NCBI GenBank assembly: GCA_048941285.1
Contig: JBHLNS010000008.1
Coordinates: 37,361-101,360, forward strand
Origin: Promethearchaeota archaeon
GTDB lineage: Archaea > Asgardarchaeota > Lokiarchaeia > Sigyniarchaeales > SOKP01
Direction of reading: 5' to 3'
Length of the DNA stretch: 64,000 nt
The position numbers were made by a program, and so were the translations under genes. Of this stretch, positions 1-9,402 are shown in pieces (position 1 is the first letter of the stretch; each line of letters starts with the position of its first letter). The notes below the pieces were generated by a model. That model had not been told where the DNA came from, ran no database searches, and saw nothing but the letters and a program-made list of their open reading frames with translations.

Positions 1-20
1 ATTTTAGGATTAAATTCATT

Positions 21-1454
21 ATGAGGGAGCCAATAGCATTAACTTGTATAAATTGTAAGAAAACATTTGAATTTACGTTTATTAATAATATATGTCCTGA
101 ATGTAGGGGTATGTTATGGGTTGAATCTAATTTAGATAAAATTAGAGAAAATTTTACTAAAGTTAAAACAGACTACAGATTTTGGGATTATAAGTTTACT
201 TTTCCTCCCATTGAAAACGATTTTATTATTTCATTAGGGGAAGGTGGAACTCCCTGCAGAAGTTCAAAGCAATTTGGTAAAAAATTGGGATATAAAAATC
301 TATATTTTAAAGATGAAACTCAAAATCCAACTAATTCTTTTAAAGATCGTGTAGCAGCATTATTAATTTCGCATGCACGGAGCTGGGGTTATGAAAAAGT
401 AGTTTGCGCTTCTAATGGAAACCAAGGCGCTTCAATTGCTGCATATTGTTCTCTTGAGGGAATTGAATGTATGAACATTATACCTAGAGAAATTGATGCA
501 GGTAAAAAGGCTCAAATGATCGCATATAATTCAGATTTAAAAATAGAAGGAGAAACTGTTGATGATGCTATTGATTATGTTATAAAGAATAAAAATTTTG
601 AAAATTATTATCAATGCACTCCAGAATTAAATCCACTTACACTTGAAGCCCAAAAAACGATAGCTTATGAAATTATTAACCAGATTGATAACCCAAATTG
701 GATTATAGTTCCAATGGGAAGTGGGGAGCTATTGGTAAGCATGTGGAAAGGATTTAATGAACTTAAACAAATAAAAATTATTGAAGAAATACCTAAATTA
801 ATAGGTGTTCAATCTGAATCCTCATCACCAATAGTAAATGAATATTTTAGCAAAGATACATCAAAAGCTAAAAAAAAGAATACTCACAAATCAATAGCAT
901 TAGGGATATTGGTTAAAAATCCAATATATAAAGATTTAGCTATAAAATGTATAAGAGACACTGATGGAACTGTAATTGCAGTTCCCGAAGATCTAATATT
1001 AAACTCAATTGAAGAACTTATAAGGAGTGAAGGGATATTTGCAGAACCATCATCAGCTCTAACTTTAGCTGCTTTACAATTACTTGATCAAAAATCCTTA
1101 TTTAAATCTAAAGATAATATCATCTGTCTTATTACTGGAAGCGGATTAAAAGCACCATATATATTAGAAGCAATTTCATCCCAAACTAAGACAACAGGAA
1201 AAGGATCTATAATTATTACAAAACTAAAAATTTTATCTCAAATATCTCTTTCAAGTATTAAAGGTATAACTGGGACAGATATTAAGGAAATCATGGAGAA
1301 TATAAGTTTAGCCGCTATTTATCAGCATCTTAAGGAATTGGAAATAAAGGGCTTAATCACAAGAAAAAAAGAAGGTAAAAATGTGTTATATTTTATATCT
1401 GATTCTGGAAAAAAAGTCTTAGATGCTCTAGATGTTTTAATTACCTTGCTTTAA
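21..1454 (+). CDS. thrC: Threonine synthase with C-terminal ArsR/PadR-like winged-helix domain
   Basis: N-terminal CxxC..CxxC ribbon, LGEGGTP, NPTNSFKDR (PLP lysine), ASNGN, VPMGSG, EGIFAEPSSA and ITGSGLK; about 80 extra C-terminal aa contain the wHTH-like AAIYQHLKELEIKGLITRKKEG. Confidence 0.85.
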   Translation: MREPIALTCINCKKTFEFTFINNICPECRGMLWVESNLDKIRENFTKVKTDYRFWDYKFTFPPIENDFIISLGEGGTPCRSSKQFGKKLGYKNLYFKDETQNPTNSFKDRVAALLISHARSWGYEKVVCASNGNQGASIAAYCSLEGIECMNIIPREIDAGKKAQMIAYNSDLKIEGETVDDAIDYVIKNKNFENYYQCTPELNPLTLEAQKTIAYEIINQIDNPNWIIVPMGSGELLVSMWKGFNELKQIKIIEEIPKLIGVQSESSSPIVNEYFSKDTSKAKKKNTHKSIALGILVKNPIYKDLAIKCIRDTDGTVIAVPEDLILNSIEELIRSEGIFAEPSSALTLAALQLLDQKSLFKSKDNIICLITGSGLKAPYILEAISSQTKTTGKGSIIITKLKILSQISLSSIKGITGTDIKEIMENISLAAIYQHLKELEIKGLITRKKEGKNVLYFISDSGKKVLDALDVLITLL

Positions 1455-2089
1455 TATTTTTCCTCTACATCCTTCCCTGTTTCCGTATAAATAAATATTT
1501 TATCAAAAACTTGAGGTAAATTAACTATAATATTTTTTCGAGCAAAAATTGCGAACAAGATTGCTGCAGCCACTCCAAAACCGAATTGAATTGCACTATT
1601 AAAGAAAAATTCGAATATTGCCGCTGGAAATCCATATATGATAATCTCTGTTATAAGGTACCCGAAAATCATTATTAATCCTCCTAATATTACTGCAATT
1701 ATGTCTCTATAATTAAATTTTAAATAATTTTTTTTTGGATTAGCAATAAAACCCACAATAAATCCTTCCAATCCTTTTATTATTAATGTAGGAAAAACAT
1801 ATAAAGGCGCTAAAAAAATATCTGTAATAGCAGAACCTAACCCTCCTGCAATGCCACCAATTATGGGCCCAAACAAAATACCTGAAATCATAACTCCAAT
1901 ATCCCCAAGATTAATATAACCTCCAGTTGCAGGGATCGTCAAAGGCACAATGAAGGTTAATAGACACGTTAAAGCTGTAAAAATAGCAATCATTGAAATT
2001 AATAATGCATTATTAGGTATAAAATAACCATATAGGCCTCTTTGATTAAAAGAACTTTTACTTCTTACAATCTTACTTTTTACACCCAT
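1451..2089 (-). CDS. ECF transporter S component (substrate-binding membrane protein)
   Basis: Motifs GGYINLGD, GILFGPIIGGIAGGLGSAITD and TLIIKGLEG; about 5-6 hydrophobic helices. Confidence 0.85.
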   Translation of the reverse strand: MGVKSKIVRSKSSFNQRGLYGYFIPNNALLISMIAIFTALTCLLTFIVPLTIPATGGYINLGDIGVMISGILFGPIIGGIAGGLGSAITDIFLAPLYVFPTLIIKGLEGFIVGFIANPKKNYLKFNYRDIIAVILGGLIMIFGYLITEIIIYGFPAAIFEFFFNSAIQFGFGVAAAILFAIFARKNIIVNLPQVFDKIFIYTETGKDVEEKY

Positions 2090-2109
2090 CTTTTCTCATT
2101 TCATTAATG

Positions 2110-2157
2110 TAAGTCTGAACTTATATATAATCATTTATATAAGTTTAAACTTATATA
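2110..2157. promoter_or_regulatory. Tandem palindromic operator-like sites (TAAGT-N4-ACTTA twice, 30 bp apart) upstream of the ECF gene
   Basis: Direct repeat aagtctgaacttatatataa (2111-2130) / aagtttaaacttatatataa (2141-2160); perfect 22-bp palindrome tatataagtttaaacttatata at 2136-2157. Confidence 0.5.
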
Positions 2158-2203
2158 TAAATATTTCTGAAAAATTTGAAATCTTATTTTATAATAAATT
2201 CAG

Positions 2204-2347
2204 TTAGTTAGATTTACAATTTTCACATTCAATTTCATCAAAATCCTCCCAATCATCTCTATAAATCTTAATTTTGCCTGTATCACGACAATGCACGCAT
2301 TTGTATTCTGAACTTATGAATGTTTCTTTTTCAACTAATTTAGTCAT
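2204..2347 (-). CDS. 47-aa zinc-finger microprotein (not in ORF track)
   Basis: Manual translation MTKLVEKETFISSEYKCVHCRDTGKIKIYRDDWEDFDEIECENCKSN*; two CxxC pairs; more GC-rich than its flanks. Confidence 0.7.
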   Translation of the reverse strand: MTKLVEKETFISSEYKCVHCRDTGKIKIYRDDWEDFDEIECENCKSN

Positions 2348-2522
2348 AATGCTAAATTTATTTCTATTTATTTAAATAAAAAATTCTCAATAAAAAATGG
2401 CAATTCCACTTATTTATAAGTTTGGGTTAAGAAATTTATTCAATTAAGATATCATAACAAAATTTAGGATAAAAATGAAAATGTCTTGATTAATTAATTC
2501 TATTAATTATAGAAAAGAAGAA

Positions 2523-3482
2523 TTAGAAGTTGGAATATACCATAAATTTATCTCCGGAGCCTAAACTGTAAAGTTCGAATTTACCTCCTCGTTTGGTTTC
2601 ACAAAACATTTGGATCAAAGGGAATAGGTAAATTTGTGTAGTTACTTGTGAATCTTTATCTTTAGTATATGTTCTGTAGTCGCTGTTTGCAGCATTTATA
2701 GTCTTTTTAATATTTTTATTCCAGTATCCTAATGAGGGTTCTGCTTTTGATTCTAATTCTTTAAAATCACTAAATTTTATACCTTCCACTTCTTCAATCA
2801 TCTTGTGGAGATCTTCCCCTATTTCTTTCTCATATTTCGTTTGTGCACTTGAATGAAGTATAGGGACACCGGTAACGACAGTTTGAAAAGGTACAGGTAG
2901 TTCCTCATATTTATAAAGGTTTTTATGGCCTCCACATTCTTTACACTGCTCGGTTCTGTTTCCAGTACCATAACAAGCCCCACAAGGGTAAGAAAACACT
3001 TTTTTCTCTTTTTTTTGTTCTTGGCCAACTAATACTGTAAGATTTTCTTCAATTTTACCAGTTCCTTTACAAGTTTTGCATTTCTCTTCAATATATCCTT
3101 TGCCTCTACAGTTTTTACAAACTACAGCTTGTAGTGATTCAAACTGAGGTAATATCTCATCTCCTTTCCATTCATCCTTATTTATTTTTCCAGTACCTTT
3201 AAATGAATAGAATTGTACTCTTCCTACCCTAGGAGCAGTTATAGTATTTTCCTCTTTTCCCTTTGGTACTGGACCAAGTGACTTTTTTACTGCAAAATAA
3301 ATTGCTGCTTCCTTATTAGTATCTTTTACGTATTCAGCAGCACTTATAGCATCTAACGAAAAAACTGCTCCTTTTGTTCCAAATTGTTTTTCCATCTTTT
3401 TCCTATCTGTCCTAGCCGCTTTTTGTTTCCATTTCTCAAAAATATCATCTAAATTAGGTGTTTTTATTCTCACATCAGGCAT
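2523..3482 (-). CDS. DnaJ-type cysteine-rich zinc-finger protein without J domain (SSUH2-like)
   Basis: Four CxxCxGxG-type repeats (CKNCRGKG, CKTCKGTG, CGACYGTG, CKECGGH); no HPD motif. Confidence 0.75.
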   Translation of the reverse strand: MPDVRIKTPNLDDIFEKWKQKAARTDRKKMEKQFGTKGAVFSLDAISAAEYVKDTNKEAAIYFAVKKSLGPVPKGKEENTITAPRVGRVQFYSFKGTGKINKDEWKGDEILPQFESLQAVVCKNCRGKGYIEEKCKTCKGTGKIEENLTVLVGQEQKKEKKVFSYPCGACYGTGNRTEQCKECGGHKNLYKYEELPVPFQTVVTGVPILHSSAQTKYEKEIGEDLHKMIEEVEGIKFSDFKELESKAEPSLGYWNKNIKKTINAANSDYRTYTKDKDSQVTTQIYLFPLIQMFCETKRGGKFELYSLGSGDKFMVYSNF

Positions 3483-3630
3483 GATTTCTCATTTTTTTTT
3501 TTTTAAAATATTGCGTTAACTTTATTTAATTGATTTAGAATTATAAAAATATAAAATAGAATAATTTATAATCTTTATATAGAAGATAAATAAAATATAA
3601 AACAAATTTAAGAGAAAAGTCGATAATAAA

Positions 3631-3792
3631 ATGTCTGCTGAAGAACGTCAATCAGTTGAATACTTCTTACAATGGATACAACAGGGCGGATTGGGCCAAT
3701 GGTTGGAGCATTTCTTAAATCAGGGCGATGAAACAAAACTTAGACAGATAAAAGAAGTTTATGACAAAATAAAACATGTTTTTGGTTTTTAA
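3631..3792 (+). CDS. 53-aa hypothetical helical microprotein (not in ORF track)
   Basis: Manual translation MSAEERQSVEYFLQWIQQGGLGQWLEHFLNQGDETKLRQIKEVYDKIKHVFGF*; GC-richer island in AT-rich spacer, followed by a T-rich tract. Confidence 0.65.
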   Translation: MSAEERQSVEYFLQWIQQGGLGQWLEHFLNQGDETKLRQIKEVYDKIKHVFGF

Positions 3793-3920
3793 TTTTTAAT
3801 TTATTTTTATTCTCTAATTTTTATATACTATTTGGGCCTTCTTATTTGAAAATTAGAAAATTTGATTTGGTCTTTTTAATTTTATTTTATTAGTAGATAA
3901 TTGCTAAAATGGTTTCGTAA

Positions 3921-6587
3921 TTGAGTGTTAACTTAAGGAATTTCTTTATAGTATTTGATAGAAATCGTGAACATAAGAAAGATCTGTTATTTAATGTTAA
4001 TTTCTTTTATTTAAAATCATTTAAGAAAAAGAAATTTGCATTTTCTTACATAAAAGAACCATTTTTCAAGGGAACGGTAATTTTTGGGCCAGATTTTAAA
4101 AATAGAATACGTCCTCTAAATTTTAGTAAAATTGAGAAAGAAGGAAGTTCACAACCAATTAACCCGAGATTACTTAAAAAGTTCATTTTATCAGACAAAA
4201 ATAAATTTATTGCTTTTTCGAGTCAAACTTCTTCTCAAGATGTTTCACCTATCAAAGAAATGCTACAGAATTTTCAATATGATACAGATAAGATTATTAA
4301 TTTAACCTTATGTAATTCATGTATGGAAAAGAACACCTTTACATTATTAAATGAAAATCTTCAAATTAAATCCTACAAAGATCAAATTATTTGTTCTGAT
4401 TGTGCTTATGAGACTGTTTTAAATAGAATCAAGCTAGCAGGGCTTATTTCTCAAGAGAAAGTCAGTCCTAAATTAAAGAACTTTTTAATGCACTTAATAC
4501 TCAAATTTAGGGATATTAGGAAGGTATTGGAAGCATTTAAAGCAGATTTCAATCCCGTTCGATCTCCTGAGATAACTCTTTATGATATTGAAAAAACTCC
4601 TCTAATAAGTAAAAAATTTCTTAATCAAGCAATAGAAGGTCTAGATATTCCTTTATCTTTTAAAGATATATTGAAAGGATTAAAACTAATTAATTTACTG
4701 CCAATCCAAGCAATTTCTATCGAACAAGGCTTATTAACAAGACGAAACAATCAATTAATTATGGCTCCTACCAGTGGAGGTAAAACATTAATAGGAGAAT
4801 TAGCTGGAATTTCAAGGGTTTTAAATGAAAAAACCAAAAAGATGTTATATTTAGTACCAATTGTTGCTTTAGCTAATATTAGAACTGAAGAGTTTAAAGA
4901 AAAATATAAATCAATTAAACTGAAAGTTATCAAAAGAGTTGGAGAATCATTATTTGAGAAAAAAGAAGATGATGACATTAAAGATTTAGCGAATTCACAT
5001 ATTATTATTGCAACATATGAAGCAATTGATTACATATTAAGAAGTGGGAATAAAGATCTATTAGGAAAAATTGGCACAATCGTAATTGATGAAATTCAAA
5101 CATTAATTGATCCAGATAGAGGATTTATATTAGATGGTTTAATCGCTAGGTTAAAAACTCAATACCAATCTCAATTTCTATATTTAAGCGCAACATTAGG
5201 AGAACCAGAGTTTTTGGCGAAAAAATTGAATTGTGATCTAATAAAATATAATGATCGTCCTGTTCCAGTTGAGCGTCATTTATTACTTTGTTTGAATGAA
5301 GCCCAGAAACTAAAATTTATCTCATTATTAATGAAAAGTTCTTATTCAAAGAAATCTAAATACGGGTTCAAAGGTCAATCAATAGTTTTTACAAATACTC
5401 GAAAAAAGTGTGAATCGATAACATCCTATTTGCAATTAAAAAGCCTTAATGTGGCAGCTTATCATTCAGGTTTAACAAATGATGAAAGAAAAATTATTGA
5501 AGATGAATTTCAATCGCAGAAGTTGGCAGGAGTAGTAGCTACCGCAGCATTAGCAGCAGGGGTTGATCTTCCAGCTAGGCAAGTAATATTTGAATCTTTA
5601 GCAATGGGGATAAATTGGTTAACAGTTGCAGAATTTGAACAGATGCTTGGACGAAGTGGTAGATTAAAAAAACATGAAAAGGGTTTAGCTTATATCTTAG
5701 TAGAACCTGGAAAGATATATTCACCTAAAATGAAAAATACTGAAGAAAATATAGCTATAAAATTATTAAATGGAAGAATCAAAGATTATGAGCTAATACC
5801 TAATGAGGATAGATCTCAGACTGAAATTTTAGCATATATTTCTATGTATAATGAGTGGATTCCAAAAAAAATGGTATTTAATTTTTATAATCATCTAATA
5901 AATGAACATTTTAATTTAGAGGAAGTTTTAAAGAAATTAATATCTCTTAATTTAGTTCGAATAAAGGAAGATCTGACAGTTAAAACAACGCGATTAGGAA
6001 GAGCAATTGCTAATTCATTTTTAAGTGTTGATGATAGTCTTATAATCATTGAGAAATTACAAAGTAAATCAAAAACTCCTTTAGATATTGCTTTAGATAT
6101 AGAATCTTTAAGAAATGTATACATATCAAAAAATATTGTTGCGGATTTATCAAAAAATGTAAATATGAAATATTTTTCAAATAATCTCTTTAGTGCTAGT
6201 GTTTTATCTCTAATGAATGCGGAATATGTAAAAAAGAGAAAATCATTTTCCCGTGATTTTATTGATTTTATAATGAAATTAACTAATGATATATTCAATT
6301 GCAATTGTAAAGATAATCCATATTGCGATTGTGGGCGTTTAAATTTAGAAAAGCTAATCCTTGACTTAAGGATCACCCATAACATGACTATTGAAGAGAT
6401 TTCTAATTATTTATTAGAAGAATATAAAATCATGGTTTTTAAAGGGGATCTTATTGATTATTTAGAGAGTTTAATCTATAGTTTGGAAAGCATTAAAAAC
6501 ATCGCAGAAGGTATATCTAATTTAGATGAAGATTTCAATAACGAAATTAAAGAAATTCCTAACTTGATTGAGAGCATTAAATATTAA
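3921..6587 (+). CDS. Archaea-specific Ski2-like SF2 helicase (ASH-Ski2/COG1202 type)
   Basis: Walker A APTSGGKT, DEIQ, SAT, YHSGL, QMLGRSGR; N-terminal CxxC...CxxC and C-terminal CNCKDNPYCDCG cysteine cluster. Confidence 0.85.
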   Translation: MSVNLRNFFIVFDRNREHKKDLLFNVNFFYLKSFKKKKFAFSYIKEPFFKGTVIFGPDFKNRIRPLNFSKIEKEGSSQPINPRLLKKFILSDKNKFIAFSSQTSSQDVSPIKEMLQNFQYDTDKIINLTLCNSCMEKNTFTLLNENLQIKSYKDQIICSDCAYETVLNRIKLAGLISQEKVSPKLKNFLMHLILKFRDIRKVLEAFKADFNPVRSPEITLYDIEKTPLISKKFLNQAIEGLDIPLSFKDILKGLKLINLLPIQAISIEQGLLTRRNNQLIMAPTSGGKTLIGELAGISRVLNEKTKKMLYLVPIVALANIRTEEFKEKYKSIKLKVIKRVGESLFEKKEDDDIKDLANSHIIIATYEAIDYILRSGNKDLLGKIGTIVIDEIQTLIDPDRGFILDGLIARLKTQYQSQFLYLSATLGEPEFLAKKLNCDLIKYNDRPVPVERHLLLCLNEAQKLKFISLLMKSSYSKKSKYGFKGQSIVFTNTRKKCESITSYLQLKSLNVAAYHSGLTNDERKIIEDEFQSQKLAGVVATAALAAGVDLPARQVIFESLAMGINWLTVAEFEQMLGRSGRLKKHEKGLAYILVEPGKIYSPKMKNTEENIAIKLLNGRIKDYELIPNEDRSQTEILAYISMYNEWIPKKMVFNFYNHLINEHFNLEEVLKKLISLNLVRIKEDLTVKTTRLGRAIANSFLSVDDSLIIIEKLQSKSKTPLDIALDIESLRNVYISKNIVADLSKNVNMKYFSNNLFSASVLSLMNAEYVKKRKSFSRDFIDFIMKLTNDIFNCNCKDNPYCDCGRLNLEKLILDLRITHNMTIEEISNYLLEEYKIMVFKGDLIDYLESLIYSLESIKNIAEGISNLDEDFNNEIKEIPNLIESIKY

Positions 6588-7777
6588 GTTATATGTATTT
6601 CTACAATATCATAATCTTTTAGTGCATAATCTAATCCAACTTTTTTGCGTTTTTGCCTTACTCCTTCACGTATTACAATTGCATGTTCAAAGTTCTCAAA
6701 GAAGCTTCTATGAATCTTTTCAGCAACTTCTTTTACGGTTACACCCTGTTCCATTAGGAGAGGTTGATCAGCCACTCTTCCACTGCTCATAGTAAATATT
6801 CTAATTTTTTTTAGAAATTTTATGATTATCTCACCAAAATCTTTTGGGAAATTCTCTTTTTCAAAGCTTGTACCAAGAATTATTGGAAATCTATTTGAAT
6901 ATGTTGTTTTTAACATCTCAAAAGTCTCTTGAGTGTGTGGAAGATCTCCTTTAGTTCCTAATATAATTACTTTTTTATAAACAATAGAAGGAGTAAGAAC
7001 ATCAATAAGATTATTTATATTAATTTTTCCATATATTTTTACAATTCCATTACGAATTCCATTTTCTTTCACAATTTCTTTTATATCTTCTGTTAGCTTA
7101 TCCAATTCCTCAATTTGTTTTGCTTCCTTAGTCATATATAAAACCTGAATTTTATTTGCTCCAGTTTTTTCAATAGAAAGAGGGGGAGGGGGTATATTAA
7201 TTCGAATGTCAGCTCTAGTTAACTCATTTAATAATAAATCCATCTGTTCTTTAACATTTCGAGATAAGTCTATACAAAAGCATAGTAGATCTGCTGCTCT
7301 AAGTTGTGAAAGAATTTCTTTTCCATTACCAATTCCTTCAGAAGCTCCTTCCATAATTGAGGGCATATCAACAATTTGAAATCTAATTTTTTGATATTTA
7401 TAAATTCCAATTTCTGGGAGAGGGGTAAACCTACCAATTTTTTCGTTTGCAGCACCTGTTAAATAATTCAAAAGAGTAGTTTTCCCTACTCCTGGAGTAT
7501 AATAACTGCTAACTAATATTATTTGAAGTCCTTCCTTTTTTATTGAAAAAGGACTAACAATCTTCTGGGTACTTTTCTGCTTTATTCTACGTTCCTCTAC
7601 TTCACGTTTCATCTTTGCTAAACGGGATTTATTTAGAGCAACGATTTTTTCAGTAGCTTTATGCTTAGGTACTAGAGACAGAAATTCTTCTAATTTCTTG
7701 ATTTTTTCTTCTGTTGAATTAGCATCAAGATATTCTTGATATTTTGTTTTTGCAGCAGTTGGTAAATTTGAGCTCAA
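6584..7777 (-). CDS. DRG/Rbg-type OBG-family GTPase with C-terminal TGS domain
   Basis: PKHKATE N-terminal motif, PGVGKTT, EGASEGIGNGKEILS, TGS-like TVKEVAEKIH...KVGLDYALKDYDIVEI. Confidence 0.85.
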   Translation of the reverse strand: MSSNLPTAAKTKYQEYLDANSTEEKIKKLEEFLSLVPKHKATEKIVALNKSRLAKMKREVEERRIKQKSTQKIVSPFSIKKEGLQIILVSSYYTPGVGKTTLLNYLTGAANEKIGRFTPLPEIGIYKYQKIRFQIVDMPSIMEGASEGIGNGKEILSQLRAADLLCFCIDLSRNVKEQMDLLLNELTRADIRINIPPPPLSIEKTGANKIQVLYMTKEAKQIEELDKLTEDIKEIVKENGIRNGIVKIYGKININNLIDVLTPSIVYKKVIILGTKGDLPHTQETFEMLKTTYSNRFPIILGTSFEKENFPKDFGEIIIKFLKKIRIFTMSSGRVADQPLLMEQGVTVKEVAEKIHRSFFENFEHAIVIREGVRQKRKKVGLDYALKDYDIVEIHIT

Positions 7778-7799
7778 GACAAAACACTTAGCTATTAAG

Positions 7800-8255
7800 T
7801 TAAAATAAAGAACGAAATCTATCTTCTGTTTTTAATTTTAAATCTCCTAATACTTCATTTATTCGGGTTTCAAATTCTTTGAAATATTTAGGTTTTTTTG
7901 AGAATATATCATTAAGAGGATAGCGATTCAGGAAATAGGTAATGATTTGATTTAACTGGCGTTTAACAACTGACGAATCTGTGGCTTTTTCTATAATAGC
8001 ATATGACAATAAAGGTTGTTTATTATTTTCATCTTCGGTAGGTAAATTAACCATCTCACAGTAACATACTAATTTAAAGGACGCAAGGGAGATTACGTTT
8101 ATATCATCACCGAAAACTTCACTAGTAAAACTTTCTAGTGCTGTTAAAAATCCTGCACGCAAGTTTGGGTCTAAGACATCATCTGAGGAAGAGTAATATT
8201 TGATTTCAACTAAGTTTCTCATGCCTAAATTTATTCCTACTTCAAGAACAGCCAT
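7800..8255 (-). CDS. Small longin-like domain protein
   Basis: DPNLRAGFLTALESFTSEVFG helix matches the two other longin-like domains in the window; beta-beta-alpha-beta-beta-beta-alpha pattern. Confidence 0.6.
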   Translation of the reverse strand: MAVLEVGINLGMRNLVEIKYYSSSDDVLDPNLRAGFLTALESFTSEVFGDDINVISLASFKLVCYCEMVNLPTEDENNKQPLLSYAIIEKATDSSVVKRQLNQIITYFLNRYPLNDIFSKKPKYFKEFETRINEVLGDLKLKTEDRFRSLF

Positions 8256-8450
8256 TTTAAAAAAGAATGTCTATATTCTAAAATGTAATTTATTATAATT
8301 TTTTATTTCTATTTTTTTTTAAAAACTTTATTTAATATAATTTTAATTATTTTTAAAAGGATAAAAGAGCTCATTGAAAATTTTTTTTTGGATTATCCTA
8401 TTATAACTGATAAATAATGTTGTGATTTAAATGATTAGCTTATAGAAAAA

Positions 8451-9314
8451 TCAAATAGACTCCATCTGTTTTTTATAAAGAAAAAACGTGTTCTCACAAA
8501 GCATCGCAACGGTCATAGGACCTATACCTCCTGGAACAGGTGTAATTTTTCCGCACTTTTCAAAAACATCTTCAAAATCGATATCACCATATAATTTACC
8601 TGCAACTCTATTGATACTGACATCAACAAGAATGGCTCCATCTTTAATTTTTTCTTTAGTTATGAAATTTGGTTTTCCAACGGCGACTATTAATATATCT
8701 GCTTTTTGGATATAATTGTTGATATTCTTCGTGGAAGTGTGACATATTGTAACGGTGGCATTTCTTTTCAACAACATAAAAATTAAAGGTTTGCCAACTA
8801 AATTTGAACGATTAATAATGACTACATCTTTACCTTTCAACTCTATATTATTATTTTCTAATAATGAAATGATACCTTTTGGTGTGCAAGGTGCATGTTC
8901 TTCATTATAATCAAATAGTTTTCCTCTTGTAATAGGATTTAAACCATCTGCATCTTTTATTGGCAAGATTTTCTCTAAAAATTCAGGTGTATAATCTTTT
9001 AGATGTTCTGGAAGAGGTATTTGCAATAAAATTCCGTGAATATTTGTATTTTTATTAAGCTTATCAATATCTTCTAAAAGTTCCTCCTTTGAAATTTGCT
9101 CATCTAACTCAATAATCATGGAATCAATGCCTACACTTTCACATGTTCTTTTTTTAATGTTAACATAGACTTTAGATGCAGGATCTTTCCCTACAATTAT
9201 AGTAGCTAGTTTTGGTCTAATACCGGTTTTTTCAACTGCCTTTTTAATTTGTTTTTTTAATTCTAAATTTAATTGTTCTGCTAATTTCGTTCCATCCAAT
9301 ATTTTATTATTCAT
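8451..9314 (-). CDS. folD: Bifunctional methylene-THF dehydrogenase/methenyl-THF cyclohydrolase
   Basis: ASKVYVNIK, HGILLQIPLP, KDADG, PCTPKG, RSNLVGKP, TPVPGGIGPMT. Confidence 0.95.
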   Translation of the reverse strand: MNNKILDGTKLAEQLNLELKKQIKKAVEKTGIRPKLATIIVGKDPASKVYVNIKKRTCESVGIDSMIIELDEQISKEELLEDIDKLNKNTNIHGILLQIPLPEHLKDYTPEFLEKILPIKDADGLNPITRGKLFDYNEEHAPCTPKGIISLLENNNIELKGKDVVIINRSNLVGKPLIFMLLKRNATVTICHTSTKNINNYIQKADILIVAVGKPNFITKEKIKDGAILVDVSINRVAGKLYGDIDFEDVFEKCGKITPVPGGIGPMTVAMLCENTFFLYKKQMESI

Positions 9315-9402
9315 AGTATTTCTTGTTTATAATAAAATTCGAAAGTAAAAAAGGAATAATATTAATATCAAAATATAGTGTTTATTTAAAAAAATATAAT
9401 AC

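Noticed and set aside
21-1454. Cysteate synthase feeding ComDE
   Set aside because: Motifs (SFKDR, EGIFAEPSSA, TGSGLK) fit ordinary threonine synthase and the gene is 36 kb from comDE; phylogeny would be needed to revisit this
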